Of a DNA stretch of 64,000 nucleotides, positions 28,326 to 38,109 are shown in pieces. How positions within the stretch are numbered: position 1 is the first letter of the stretch; each line of letters starts with the position of its first letter. Made by a program: the position numbers and the translations under genes. The notes under the pieces were generated by a model that did not search any database, was not told where the DNA came from, and saw nothing but the letters and a program-made list of their open reading frames with translations. The stretch comes from Myxococcota bacterium (GTDB lineage: Bacteria > Myxococcota_A > Polyangia > Nannocystales > Nannocystaceae), in NCBI GenBank assembly GCA_039028615.1, contig JBCCHT010000056.1:1-64000 (forward strand), in the 5' to 3' direction.

Positions 28326-29507
28326 ATGCTCCAGGCCCCTCATATTCTCGACCGTGATCTCGGCGTCATCGGAGGCGACCTCGCCCAGTGGTCCGCCCTC
28401 GAAAAGCACCTCGAGGCCTTCGTGGCCGTGCTGGCCGAAGACCCCATCGACGAGTCCGACGAACACGGAGCCGCGCGCGAGTACGTGCGTCGCCTCGCCG
28501 CCGCCGACCTGCTGCGCTTGATGGTGCCGGGCAAGCACGGGGGCGCCTACGAACGCCCCGAGTCCACGCCCATCTGCCTCGCCCGTCAGTGGCTGGCCCG
28601 CCATAGCGGCGCGCTCGATACCGCCTTCGTCATGCAGGGGCTGGGCTCCTACCCCGTGACGCAGGCCGGCGCTCCCGCCCTGCAGGCGCAGCTGCTGCCG
28701 CAGGTCGCTCGCGGAGAGCAGATCTGTGCCTTCGCCCTGACCGAGCCCAACGCCGGGTCCGACGTCAGCGGCATGAAGACCGTGGCCGAACCCGACGGCC
28801 GAGGCGGGGTGCGGCTCAACGGCGAGAAGTGCTTCATCTCCAACGCGGGCATCGCCGACAGCTACGTCGTGTTCGCCCGCGAGGCCGAGGACACCCCGGA
28901 GGGCAAGCCTCGCTACGGCGCGTTCTGGATGTCCGGGCTCGCCGAGGGCCTCGAGGTCGAGCCGACCCACGTCATCGCGCCGCATCCCATCGGTACCCTG
29001 CGCTTCAACGACGTATCCATCCCGGCCGAGCATCGACTGGGTGAGCCGGGGGATGGCCTGCGCATCGCTCTGGGCACGCTGGATCTGTTCCGCGTGACGG
29101 TGGGTGCCGCCGCGCTCGGCTTTGCCGATCGGGCGCTGACCGAGGCAGTCACGCACCTGCGCGGCCGGGTGCAGTTCGGCAAGCCGCTCGCCAAGCAGCA
29201 GGGCCTGCGCTTCGCCCTGGCCGAGGTGGTCACCGAGCACACCGCGGCGCAGGTGCTCGTGTACCGGGCCGCCGCCGAGCGCGACGAAGGCCGAGCCACC
29301 CCGGACATGCCGGCCATGGCCAAGCTCTACGCGACCGAGACGGCCCAGCGCGTCGTCGACCGAGCCGTGCAGAGCCTCGGTGGGCTGGGCGTGACCGTCG
29401 GGCAAGCCACCGAGCGGCTCTACCGAGAGGTTCGAGCGCTGCGCATCTACGAGGGCACGAGCGAGATCCAGAAGTTGGTCATCGCTCGTTCGCTCTTCGG
29501 TCGCTGA
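28326..29507 (+). CDS. Acyl-CoA dehydrogenase
   Basis: [35 protein letters not shown]. Confidence 0.93.
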   Translation: MLQAPHILDRDLGVIGGDLAQWSALEKHLEAFVAVLAEDPIDESDEHGAAREYVRRLAAADLLRLMVPGKHGGAYERPESTPICLARQWLARHSGALDTAFVMQGLGSYPVTQAGAPALQAQLLPQVARGEQICAFALTEPNAGSDVSGMKTVAEPDGRGGVRLNGEKCFISNAGIADSYVVFAREAEDTPEGKPRYGAFWMSGLAEGLEVEPTHVIAPHPIGTLRFNDVSIPAEHRLGEPGDGLRIALGTLDLFRVTVGAAALGFADRALTEAVTHLRGRVQFGKPLAKQQGLRFALAEVVTEHTAAQVLVYRAAAERDEGRATPDMPAMAKLYATETAQRVVDRAVQSLGGLGVTVGQATERLYREVRALRIYEGTSEIQKLVIARSLFGR

Positions 29508-30501
29508 ACAGCGCCTCGAGCACCCGCTGCGCCGCCGCCTCGGGGGCCAAGTCCCCGGCGCGGACCGGCGCCCGCACGCTGCCGAGCACCTGCTGGGCGT
29601 CGGCGTCGGCCGCCAGCGCGTCCTGCAGGCCTTCTTCGATCGCGCGCCACAGCCAACGCACCCGCTGCTCGCCGCGCCGCGAATCCCAGACGCCCGCCTC
29701 TCGCAACGCATCGCGGTGCTCGAGCACCGCGTCCCACAGCGCGTCGAGGCCATCGCCCGTCTGCGCGGAGCAGGTCTGCACCCGAGCCCGCCACGCGGGG
29801 CTGCGCGGCGGCATGAGGTCGAGCGAGCCCCCGTACTCCACCGCCGCCCGCCGAGCCGCCTGCACGTTGTCGCCGTCGGCCTTGGTCACCACCAGCAGAT
29901 CGGCCAGCTCCAGGATGCCGCGCTTGATGCCCTGGAGCTCGTCGCCGCCCCCGGCCAGCGTGAGGACGAGGAAGAAGTCGACCATGTCGGCGACCATGAC
30001 CTCGCTCTGACCCACGCCCACCGTCTCGACCAGGACCACGTCGTAGCCCGCGGCCTCGACCAGGGTGATCGTCTCGCGAGTTCTCCGGGCCACGCCTCCC
30101 AGGGTGCCGTCGGAGGGCGAAGGCCGAATGAAGGCCGCGGGATCGCGGGCCAGCTCCTGCATGCGGGTCTTGTCGCCGAGGATGCTGCCCCCGCTGCGCG
30201 CCGAGCTCGGGTCGACCGCCAGCACGGCCACGCGATGCCCCTTGGCGGTGAGCGAGCCGCCGAGCGCCTCGATGAGGGTGCTCTTGCCGACGCCCGGCAT
30301 GCCCGTGATGCCGACCCGCAGCGCCTGACCACCGTGGGGCAGCAGCTCGGCGAGGATCTGCTGGGCGAGCGCGCGATCGGCCTCGCGACGGCTCTCCACC
30401 AGCGTGATGGCCCGCCCGAGCGCCGACCGATTGCCCTGCCGCAGACGCGGCAGTTCCACTTCGGGATCGAAGCGAGGGCGTCGCGGCGGTCGACCGGTCA
30501 C
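29479..30501 (-). CDS. meaB: Methylmalonyl-CoA mutase-associated GTPase (MeaB/ArgK)
   Basis: [48 protein letters not shown]. Confidence 0.92.
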   Translation of the reverse strand: MTGRPPRRPRFDPEVELPRLRQGNRSALGRAITLVESRREADRALAQQILAELLPHGGQALRVGITGMPGVGKSTLIEALGGSLTAKGHRVAVLAVDPSSARSGGSILGDKTRMQELARDPAAFIRPSPSDGTLGGVARRTRETITLVEAAGYDVVLVETVGVGQSEVMVADMVDFFLVLTLAGGGDELQGIKRGILELADLLVVTKADGDNVQAARRAAVEYGGSLDLMPPRSPAWRARVQTCSAQTGDGLDALWDAVLEHRDALREAGVWDSRRGEQRVRWLWRAIEEGLQDALAADADAQQVLGSVRAPVRAGDLAPEAAAQRVLEALFSDRRANER

Positions 30502-30589
30502 CCCAGTGACATCGCACGTTGGTGGCGCCTCGCCAAGCCCACATCCCGGCCGGGACACAGTTGTACTCTCTCCCTGCGCTCCGCCAGCC

Positions 30590-31603
30590 ATGTCCCGCCC
30601 TTCACCACCCGCGTCGCGGCCCTCCGCGCGATGCTTCGTCGACTGGGCGGAGCACTGCAGCCGCTCGGAGGCCATGGCGCGGGCCTTGAACATGGAGCTG
30701 GTCCGGCACCATCGCCCCAACCGCGGGCTCGCTTCGATGCCGCGCAAGTACGCCACCCAGGCCGCGCTGACCCTGCTCGACCTGTGGCGCCTGCGGCCCC
30801 GGGCGGTGGCGTGCATGAGCCCGTCGCCGCTGACCGCCCTGCCCGTGTGGCTGTACTGCCGGGCGACCGGGGCGCGCTTCGTGATCGATGCGCACACGGG
30901 GGCATTCATCGGACCGCCGTGGGAGCGCTTCGCCGCGATCAGCCGCTTCTTCTGCGGGCGGGCGGACCTCACCATCGTGACCAATCGGGAGCTCGCGGGA
31001 CGGGTCGAGGAGGCAGGCGGAACGGCGCTGGTGATCCCCGACGTGCCCACGGAGCAGCATCCCCCCGAGCCCGCCGCGCGAGCGAAGGAGCCGGTCGCCG
31101 TGTTCGTGTCGTCGTTCGCTCAGGACGAGCCGATCGACGTCGTGATCGAAGCGGCGCGCCGCTGCCCGGACGTACGCGTGAAGGTGACCGGCCGCCCCAA
31201 GGGACCGGGCGCGCGGGTGCTGGCGAGCGCTCCGGCCAATGTCGAGTCCCTGGGGTTCGTCAGTCGGCAGACCTACCTGGCCGAGATCGCCAACGCCGAC
31301 GTCGTGATCGCGCTGACGACCCGGGACCACACCATGCAACGCGGGGCGTACGAGGCGATCTATCTCGGGACGCCCGTGATCGTCTCCGACTGGCCACTGC
31401 TGCGCGAGCACTTCGCCGACGGAGGCCTGGTGAGCGCGAACGAAGCGGGGGCCCTAGCACAGTGCCTGCGTCGCGCGATCGAGCAACGCGAGCACCTCGC
31501 CGTCTCGGCCCAGCGCCTGCGTGAACGCAAGCTGGCCCGGTGGGACGACAACTGCAAGCAAATCGAGCGCGTCCTCGACGGCGCGGCGGGAGGTGCCGCA
31601 TGA
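30590..31603 (+). CDS. Glycosyltransferase (GT4-like)
   Basis: [33 protein letters not shown]. Confidence 0.8.
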   Translation: MSRPSPPASRPSARCFVDWAEHCSRSEAMARALNMELVRHHRPNRGLASMPRKYATQAALTLLDLWRLRPRAVACMSPSPLTALPVWLYCRATGARFVIDAHTGAFIGPPWERFAAISRFFCGRADLTIVTNRELAGRVEEAGGTALVIPDVPTEQHPPEPAARAKEPVAVFVSSFAQDEPIDVVIEAARRCPDVRVKVTGRPKGPGARVLASAPANVESLGFVSRQTYLAEIANADVVIALTTRDHTMQRGAYEAIYLGTPVIVSDWPLLREHFADGGLVSANEAGALAQCLRRAIEQREHLAVSAQRLRERKLARWDDNCKQIERVLDGAAGGAA

Positions 31604-32898
31604 CCACCTGCGTCTTGGGGCTGGGCTACGTGGGCACCGTCGTCGCGGTGACCCTGGCGCGGCGGGGCAACGACGTCGTGGGGGTCGACATCGATGCGGA
31701 CAAGGTCCAGCTATTACGAGAGGGCCGGGCTTCGTTCGCGGAACCGGGGCTCGACGAGGCCATCGCCGAGGTGCGCGATCGATTGGACGCCACCACCGAT
31801 ACCGCGGCCGCCCTCGCTCGAGCCGATGTGGTGGTCATCTGCGTGGGCACTCCGACGGGCGCGGACGGACGACCCGACCTGCGCGCGCTCGATCGAGTCA
31901 CACAGCAGCTCGGCGAAGGCCTACGACAGCCCAGCGAAACCCCGCGGACCCTCGTGCTACGCAGCACGGTGCCGCCCGGGACCAGCTGGACGCGCCTCGT
32001 TCCCGCCATCGAGCAGGCCAGCGGCCGAACGCACGGTGAAGGGTGGCGGCTGGTGTTCTCGCCCGAGTTCCTGCGCGAAGGCTCGGCCTTGGCCGACGCC
32101 AGCGCCCCTCCCCTCACCGTGCTGGGCGCCGCGGACCCCGACCACGCCGCGCCGTATCTCGAGCGACTGGGGCCCGCGCCCGACTCGATCGTCCACACCT
32201 CCTTCGAAGCGGCCGAGCTGCTCAAGTACTCGAGCAATGCCTTCCATGCGATGAAGGTCGCCTTCGCCAACGAGATCGGCGCGCTGTCTCACTCGATCGG
32301 GGTCGACGGACGCGAGGTCATGGACCTGCTGTGCCGCGACACGGTGCTCAACATCTCGCCCGCGTACCTCCGCCCCGGCAACCCCTTCGGCGGCTCGTGC
32401 CTGCCCAAAGACCTGCGAGCCCTCGGCTCCGAAGCGGCGCAGCGGGGCCTTCGGTTGCCGCTGCTGAGTTCGATCCTGCCGGCCAACGACGCCCAGCTCG
32501 CGCGCCTGACCCAGGCGGTGGTCGATACGAAGGCGCAGCGGATCGGCATCGTGGGCCTGGCCTTCAAAGAAGACACCGACGACCTGCGCCACAGCCCCAT
32601 GCTCGAGCTCGTGCGCCGGCTGCTGCACGATCAACGCGAGCTGTGGATTCACGATCCTCGGGTCGGTGCCGCCACGCTGAGGGGCCGCAACCTGCGGGCC
32701 GCCCAGCTCGGTGTGCCGCACCTCGACGCCAAGCTCGTGCCGCGGCTCGAGACCCTCGCCGACCGCTGCGAAGCGGTGGTCCTGGCCCGCCTCATCGACC
32801 CCGCGCTGGCGCCCCGCCTCCGCGACCGGGCGATCATCGACATCGCGGGCAACGACGCCCTCGCCGACCTGCCCCGCTATCGCGCCATCGCGTGGTGA
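31600..32898 (+). CDS. UDP-glucose/GDP-mannose 6-dehydrogenase
   Basis: GLGYVG, CVGTP, RSTVPPG, PEFLREG, GGSCLPKD (catalytic Cys), GLAFKEDTDDLR. Confidence 0.93.
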   Translation: MTTCVLGLGYVGTVVAVTLARRGNDVVGVDIDADKVQLLREGRASFAEPGLDEAIAEVRDRLDATTDTAAALARADVVVICVGTPTGADGRPDLRALDRVTQQLGEGLRQPSETPRTLVLRSTVPPGTSWTRLVPAIEQASGRTHGEGWRLVFSPEFLREGSALADASAPPLTVLGAADPDHAAPYLERLGPAPDSIVHTSFEAAELLKYSSNAFHAMKVAFANEIGALSHSIGVDGREVMDLLCRDTVLNISPAYLRPGNPFGGSCLPKDLRALGSEAAQRGLRLPLLSSILPANDAQLARLTQAVVDTKAQRIGIVGLAFKEDTDDLRHSPMLELVRRLLHDQRELWIHDPRVGAATLRGRNLRAAQLGVPHLDAKLVPRLETLADRCEAVVLARLIDPALAPRLRDRAIIDIAGNDALADLPRYRAIAW

Positions 32899-32926
32899 TC
32901 GGCGGGTCCTGCTACACTGAGTCATC

Positions 32927-34132
32927 GTGTCCACGCGGCTGGCTATCGACGGAGGAGACCCGGTACGGCGCGATCCATGGCCCCGCTGGCCGCACTTCGA
33001 CGTCGCCCAGATCGACGAGGTCACCGCGGTCTTGCGCTCGGGCCGGGTCAACTACTGGACGGGTGACCGCGGCCGCAGCTTCGAACGCGCTTTCGCGAAG
33101 ATGGCCGGCTGCGCCCACGGCATCGCCGTCGCCAACGGCACCGTCGCGCTCGAGCTGAGCCTGCGCGCGGCGGGGATCGGGCCAGGGCACGAGGTCATCG
33201 TACCGACCCGAACCTTCGCGGGTACGGCCACCGCGGTGCTCAGCGCGGGGGCAAAGCCCGTATTCGCCGACGTCGACCCGCACACCCAAGGCCTGAGCCG
33301 CGACACGGTGCAGGCCCGGCTGAGCCCGCGCACGCGAGCGGTCATCGCCGTGCACCTGGGTGGCTGGCCCTGCGCGATGACGGATCTGCGCGCGCTCACT
33401 CGGCAGCACGACCTGCAGCTCGTCGAGGACGGCGCCCAAGCCCACGGGGCTCGGCTTGGTGGTGAGCCCGTAGGACACCTCGGAGACATCGCCGCCTTTT
33501 CTTGTTGCCAGGACAAGATCATCAGCACTGGGGGCGAAGGCGGCGTCATCGTGACCGACGACGAGGCGCTGGCCCGCGAAGTCTGGAGCCTCAAAGACCA
33601 TGGCAAGAGCTACGCCGCCGTGTACAAAAAGCAGCACCCGCCCGGGTTTCGCTGGCTGCACGAGGGCCCGGGTACCAATGCCCGCATGACGGAGATGCAA
33701 TCCGCGTTGGGACTCGCGCAGCTCGAACGACTGCCCCCGTGGCTCGAGCAACGGCGTCGACACGGTCGTCGCATGACCGAAGCCCTGGCGTCCCACCCCG
33801 CCGTCGAAGTTCCGGTGCCGCGGGACGACGAAGAGCCCGCCTACTATCGGTTCTACGCCTTCGTACGACCGCAATCGCTCCGCGAGGGCTGGACGCGAGG
33901 ACGCATCATGCAGGCGATCACGGCCGAAGGCGTGCCCTGCTTCGTCGGCAGCTGCGGGCAAGTGCACCGCGAAATCGCCTTCGCCGAGCATCGACCCGAG
34001 ACCCCGCTTCCGGTCGCGGCGCGCCTCGAGGACACCAGCCTCGCGTGGTTGGTCCATCCCACGCTGGAGGATACCGACATCGACGACGCGCTCGCGGCCA
34101 CTCACAAGGTCCTCGCCGAGGCGACGGCATGA
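32927..34132 (+). CDS. DegT/DnrJ/EryC1/StrS sugar aminotransferase (PglE-like)
   Basis: NGTVALEL, EDGAQAHGA, SCCQDKIISTGGEGG. Confidence 0.92.
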   Translation: MSTRLAIDGGDPVRRDPWPRWPHFDVAQIDEVTAVLRSGRVNYWTGDRGRSFERAFAKMAGCAHGIAVANGTVALELSLRAAGIGPGHEVIVPTRTFAGTATAVLSAGAKPVFADVDPHTQGLSRDTVQARLSPRTRAVIAVHLGGWPCAMTDLRALTRQHDLQLVEDGAQAHGARLGGEPVGHLGDIAAFSCCQDKIISTGGEGGVIVTDDEALAREVWSLKDHGKSYAAVYKKQHPPGFRWLHEGPGTNARMTEMQSALGLAQLERLPPWLEQRRRHGRRMTEALASHPAVEVPVPRDDEEPAYYRFYAFVRPQSLREGWTRGRIMQAITAEGVPCFVGSCGQVHREIAFAEHRPETPLPVAARLEDTSLAWLVHPTLEDTDIDDALAATHKVLAEATA

Positions 34133-34755
34133 GCTGGAGCTACCCGCGGCACGGCAAGCGCGTGCTGGACCTCGTGCTCGGTGGCCTCGCCCTGGGCTCG
34201 AGCGCGCCGCTGCTCGCCGCCGCCGCCCTGCTCGTACGCCACCGACTGGGCTCCCCCGTCTTGTTCCGCCAGCAGAGGATCGGCCGAGGCGAGCGCCCCT
34301 TTTACTTGCTCAAGCTCCGCACCATGACCGACGCCCGGGACGAGCACGGGCGCCTCCGCCCCGACGCGGACCGCCTCCTCCCGCTCGGCCGCTGGCTCCG
34401 ACGTCATGGGATCGACGAGCTGCCCTCGCTCGTCAACGTGCTTCGCGGCGAGCTCAGCCTGGTGGGGCCGCGGCCGCTGCTACCGGAGTACCTGCCCTGG
34501 TACACGGCCAAGGAAGCCACGCGGCACCGGGTTCGCCCCGGGCTCACCGGATGGGCGCAGGTGCACGGTCGCAACGCGGTGGACTGGGACGAGCGACTGT
34601 CGTTGGACGCCGGGTACGTCGAGCGCGTGAGCCTGCGGTTGGATCTGAAGATCATGCTGCGTACGGTCGCGGTGGTGCTGCGCGGCCAAGGGCAAAGCGC
34701 CCCCGGTCACGCCACGATGCCGCGACTGGACACGATGCGCTCGGGCGGCCGCTGA
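34129..34755 (+). CDS. Monotopic phosphoglycosyl transferase (bacterial sugar transferase, PglC-like)
   Basis: KRVLD, LFRQQRIG, KLRTM, IDELP, SLVGPRP, RPGLTGWAQV. Confidence 0.92.
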   Translation: MSWSYPRHGKRVLDLVLGGLALGSSAPLLAAAALLVRHRLGSPVLFRQQRIGRGERPFYLLKLRTMTDARDEHGRLRPDADRLLPLGRWLRRHGIDELPSLVNVLRGELSLVGPRPLLPEYLPWYTAKEATRHRVRPGLTGWAQVHGRNAVDWDERLSLDAGYVERVSLRLDLKIMLRTVAVVLRGQGQSAPGHATMPRLDTMRSGGR

Positions 34756-34824
34756 TCTTTTTTTCGCGGAGCCGTCATCGAATCGCGTGGCGCCGACAAG
34801 GGGCAGGGCGTGGACACGAACACC

Positions 34825-35358
34825 ATGACCCGCCGAAACCTCCGCCTCGTCGCCGCCCTCGTCCCCCTGCTCGCAACCGTCGCGTGCGACGTGGAACAAG
34901 ACGCAATTGTGCCCCCCGAAGAGGTCGAGGAGCGCATGGCCATCGGCCAGATTTCCATCATCAAGCCCTATCACGGGCTATGGACCGGCCCGATGACCCA
35001 GGTCGATGGCATCGCGCAGAACGACTACGACGCGACCATCATGCTCGCCCCTGGCCTGTGCACGGTGAGCGGCGACGATCTGTTCCGCGCCCAGTGGGAC
35101 TACTACAACCACGGTGTGACCTGCACGAGCGAGCTCGATCTGCTGGGGCAGAGCATCGACGTCAACGGCCTGCGCACGTGGACCTTCTACGACGCCAACC
35201 TCACCGGGCCGTGCACCGATGGCTATGTCGACCTGACCGAGACCAACGACCCCACGGTGATGGACCACCAGTGGCGGAGCCTCGATGGCGTCGTCGATGC
35301 AGCCGGTCAGCTCGACCGCAACGGCGTCTGCGGCAGCATCGGGAACCCCGATTCCTGA
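34825..35358 (+). CDS. Hypothetical lipoprotein
   Basis: Lipobox TVAC; beta-rich body with 4 further Cys; GC3-biased codons. Confidence 0.7.
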   Translation: MTRRNLRLVAALVPLLATVACDVEQDAIVPPEEVEERMAIGQISIIKPYHGLWTGPMTQVDGIAQNDYDATIMLAPGLCTVSGDDLFRAQWDYYNHGVTCTSELDLLGQSIDVNGLRTWTFYDANLTGPCTDGYVDLTETNDPTVMDHQWRSLDGVVDAAGQLDRNGVCGSIGNPDS

Positions 35359-35378
35359 ACGACGAGCAACGGGTCGGC

Positions 35379-36347
35379 TCAGGTCGAGGCCGGGAGCGTG
35401 GCCTCGACCAGCTCGTTGGCGAGGCGACGAATCTCGTCGCTCGAGCCGCGGGCGGCCACTTCGGCGAGCGTGGTACGAGCCCGCTCCCCATCGAGCTCGG
35501 CGTCGATCAGAGCGGCCAAGCCAGCGAGGCCCTCCGCCTGCAGTGGGTTGGACTCGGCGGTGGTGAGCCTCTCGAACAGCTCGAACGCGCCCTCCACCGG
35601 GTCATCGACGAGCACCCGCGCCAGCGCCAACGAAGTCCCGTCGCCGACCCCCGACGCGATCACCTCGGCAAACGCGGCGGGCAAGCGTTCCGAAGCCGCG
35701 GGAATGCGTGCGAGCGCGCGACCGATCTCGATCCGAGCCGCGTCTTCCCGATCGGCCTCCTTCAGCGCCGCGAACAAGTGCTCGATCGTCTCCGCATCGG
35801 CGAGGCTCGCCAGCCCCGGAAGCCCCACGATGCCCGTCGCAGCCTCGGTGCGAAGGCGTGCCGTGCTCCCGGTGAGCGCCTCCATCGAGACCTGCAGCCG
35901 TGCCCGACGCAGACCGATACACGCGTCGATATGGGCCCGCAGCGCGCCGAAATCCGGCGAGTCCGAGGCGAGCTCGGGCTCGGGTGCCACCGCCTCCACG
36001 CGTGGCTCGTCCGGCAACGGCGGCTCCGGGTCGTTCGATCGAGCGAGCCGACGCGACAAGAAGAGCACGCCCGAAAACGCGGGCGCGTCTGGAGCGACGA
36101 CCGCCTCCTGACCGACGACGAGCACTCGCGTGCTCCCGACGTCCAGCCGGTCACCGAGCAGCACGGCGTCGATGCGCAGCCGAGCGATGACCCCCGAGGG
36201 CAGCGAGTCGCCGCTCGGATCGGGCGAGAGCTGCCCGAGGACCACCCAGTCGGCGTCCTCGACCTGCGACGCGATGGTGGAGGATGACGTGAGTCGATGG
36301 TGATTGCAGATCATGCCGGGCTCCAGCGAACGAACGAGAGGAAACAA
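35379..36347 (-). CDS. Hypothetical protein: N-terminal TIMP/NTR-like OB-fold pattern + C-terminal helical (HEAT-like) repeats
   Basis: DADWVVLGQL...RIDAVLLG...GVLFL pattern; amphipathic helical repeats; 8 bp from the upstream gene; alternative start ATG 36314. Confidence 0.55.
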   Translation of the reverse strand: MFPLVRSLEPGMICNHHRLTSSSTIASQVEDADWVVLGQLSPDPSGDSLPSGVIARLRIDAVLLGDRLDVGSTRVLVVGQEAVVAPDAPAFSGVLFLSRRLARSNDPEPPLPDEPRVEAVAPEPELASDSPDFGALRAHIDACIGLRRARLQVSMEALTGSTARLRTEAATGIVGLPGLASLADAETIEHLFAALKEADREDAARIEIGRALARIPAASERLPAAFAEVIASGVGDGTSLALARVLVDDPVEGAFELFERLTTAESNPLQAEGLAGLAALIDAELDGERARTTLAEVAARGSSDEIRRLANELVEATLPAST

Positions 36348-36355
36348 AAGAGCGC

Positions 36356-37576
36356 TCAGCCCAGCACGGGCAGAATCTTGCGAAGGATGGCGAGGTTGGC
36401 CGCGGTGAAGCCCGCGGGTTTGGTGCGCGTCAGCTTGCCCGTCTTGGGGTCGTAGCGCTGGATCCCGGTGTCGACGGCGAAGCCGGTCGCGGCATCCATG
36501 ATGTTGCCCGCAGGCTTGGCGTTGTGCCCGGACGCGTCCTTCCCCGCGGCGCCCGCGGCCCCACCCGGCACGAGCCCCAACGAGTGGCCCGCTTCGTGGG
36601 CGACGGTGGCTCCGAGAAACTGCGTGAGCGCGTAGATGGCCGCTGCGACCTGGAGCTGCCGAACGTTGCCGGGGCGAGGCGGAATGAGCACATCCCCCGG
36701 TTGGATGGGCGTGCCGAAGGCCTTCTTCTTCCGCCCCCCCGCCTTTTGTGCCGGATAGCGACGCGCGATGGGGTTGAAGACCCGGCGAAACAGAGCGCCA
36801 AAGGGGCTGCTGCCCTCGGCCCCGTGTTGCGCCACATAGACCTCCAGCGTCTGGTTCGGATCTTTGTTGCCGACATCCAGCCCGGCCTCGCCCAGGATGT
36901 TCGACGTGGCGGCCCGAAACTCGGTCAAGGCGACCGAGGTCACGTTCTTGGCCAACACCGCCGGGGGTGCCTTCCCGACGAAACGAACGTTGACCCCGTC
37001 GAACGGCCTCGCCGCGGCATCGAGAATCCCGACGTTGATGAGACCGATGGTGTCGAGCTCCAGCTGGGCCTTGGCGGCCTTGACCGCCATGGAGTCCTTC
37101 GGGTCCGGGGTGGCCGTAAAGCCGAGATCCTCGAACGTCTCGGTGAAGCTGACCCGGCCGACCTCGAAGAACTGCGGGACGGAAATCTCGGCCTCTGCGC
37201 TGCAGAGGCTCTGGCCGTTCTCGATGATCTCGACCTTGACCTTCGTGTTGTTCGGCTTGTCCGCGAACACCCGCGTGATCAGCTGGTCCGACTTGTCGAA
37301 GCGCACGTTGCCATCATTGGCACCGCGTACCACGCTCCACTTCACCGTCTGCGTGTCCGTGGGCTTCGGGTTGGCGATGGCGATGAACAGCTCGACGCCC
37401 GTGGTGCCCCCGAACGTCATGAAGTTGCGGTTGGCGGCGGTCAGGAAGATGCCAATCCGACACTTCGGCTTGGGGTCCGCGATGAGCTCGCCGGGCGGCT
37501 GTTTGCCCGATGGCGTTCGCGGAGGCACCTGGACGCTCGGGGGTCCTTGTTTCGGCGAGGAACTGGAGCTGGTCAT
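36356..37576 (-). CDS. Putative zinc metalloprotease (metzincin-like) with N-terminal Ig-like region, no signal peptide
   Basis: TVAHEAGHSLGL...SGHN...NIMD (HExxH plus Met-turn). Confidence 0.7.
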   Translation of the reverse strand: MTSSSSSPKQGPPSVQVPPRTPSGKQPPGELIADPKPKCRIGIFLTAANRNFMTFGGTTGVELFIAIANPKPTDTQTVKWSVVRGANDGNVRFDKSDQLITRVFADKPNNTKVKVEIIENGQSLCSAEAEISVPQFFEVGRVSFTETFEDLGFTATPDPKDSMAVKAAKAQLELDTIGLINVGILDAAARPFDGVNVRFVGKAPPAVLAKNVTSVALTEFRAATSNILGEAGLDVGNKDPNQTLEVYVAQHGAEGSSPFGALFRRVFNPIARRYPAQKAGGRKKKAFGTPIQPGDVLIPPRPGNVRQLQVAAAIYALTQFLGATVAHEAGHSLGLVPGGAAGAAGKDASGHNAKPAGNIMDAATGFAVDTGIQRYDPKTGKLTRTKPAGFTAANLAILRKILPVLG

Positions 37577-37666
37577 GGGCCTCCGGGATTCAATGCACTA
37601 CGACGCATCGAGCCGGTCGGATCGACCGCACTCGAAAAAATCACCGCGCGCTTTCGAAAGCGGCGC

Positions 37667-38065
37667 TCAGCTTCGCATCGCGACCGCCGCGCCGAAGATT
37701 CCCAGGCTCACCAGCATGATCAACAGCTGCACGATGCCCCGGGCCGCCGGCGAGCTGCGGGTCGCGGTGACTTGATGCCAACCAGCGAGCACCACGGCCA
37801 AGGCGACGAGGCCGAGCTTGAGGTGCAGCCCCCCGTGGGTCCACGGCCACCCCAGCAGGTGCACCTGCGCGACGCCCGTGACCAACGCGATGGCCATCGC
37901 AGTCCAGCTCACCCGCCCGAACTGACGCGCGGCCGCGCGGAGCAGCTCGCGCTCGGCCCCGGCTCGCCGCAGGGCGACGATGAGTGCAGCCAGCACGATG
38001 AGGCCGCCCGTCCAGGTCGAGACGGCGACGAGGTGAACCCAGCGGACGATGAGGAGGGTGGTCAT
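37667..38065 (-). CDS. Small 4-TM membrane protein (CopD/DUF4149-like)
   Basis: RWVHLVAVSTWTGG, LHLKLGLV..WH. Confidence 0.7.
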   Translation of the reverse strand: MTTLLIVRWVHLVAVSTWTGGLIVLAALIVALRRAGAERELLRAAARQFGRVSWTAMAIALVTGVAQVHLLGWPWTHGGLHLKLGLVALAVVLAGWHQVTATRSSPAARGIVQLLIMLVSLGIFGAAVAMRS

Positions 38066-38109
38066 CTCGGGCGACCGACCTTACACCAACGAAGACGCGG
38101 GGGCGCGGC

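Noticed and set aside
30502..31050. N-terminal extension of MeaB
   Set aside because: It overlaps the divergent glycosyltransferase; MeaB similarity begins near 30501.
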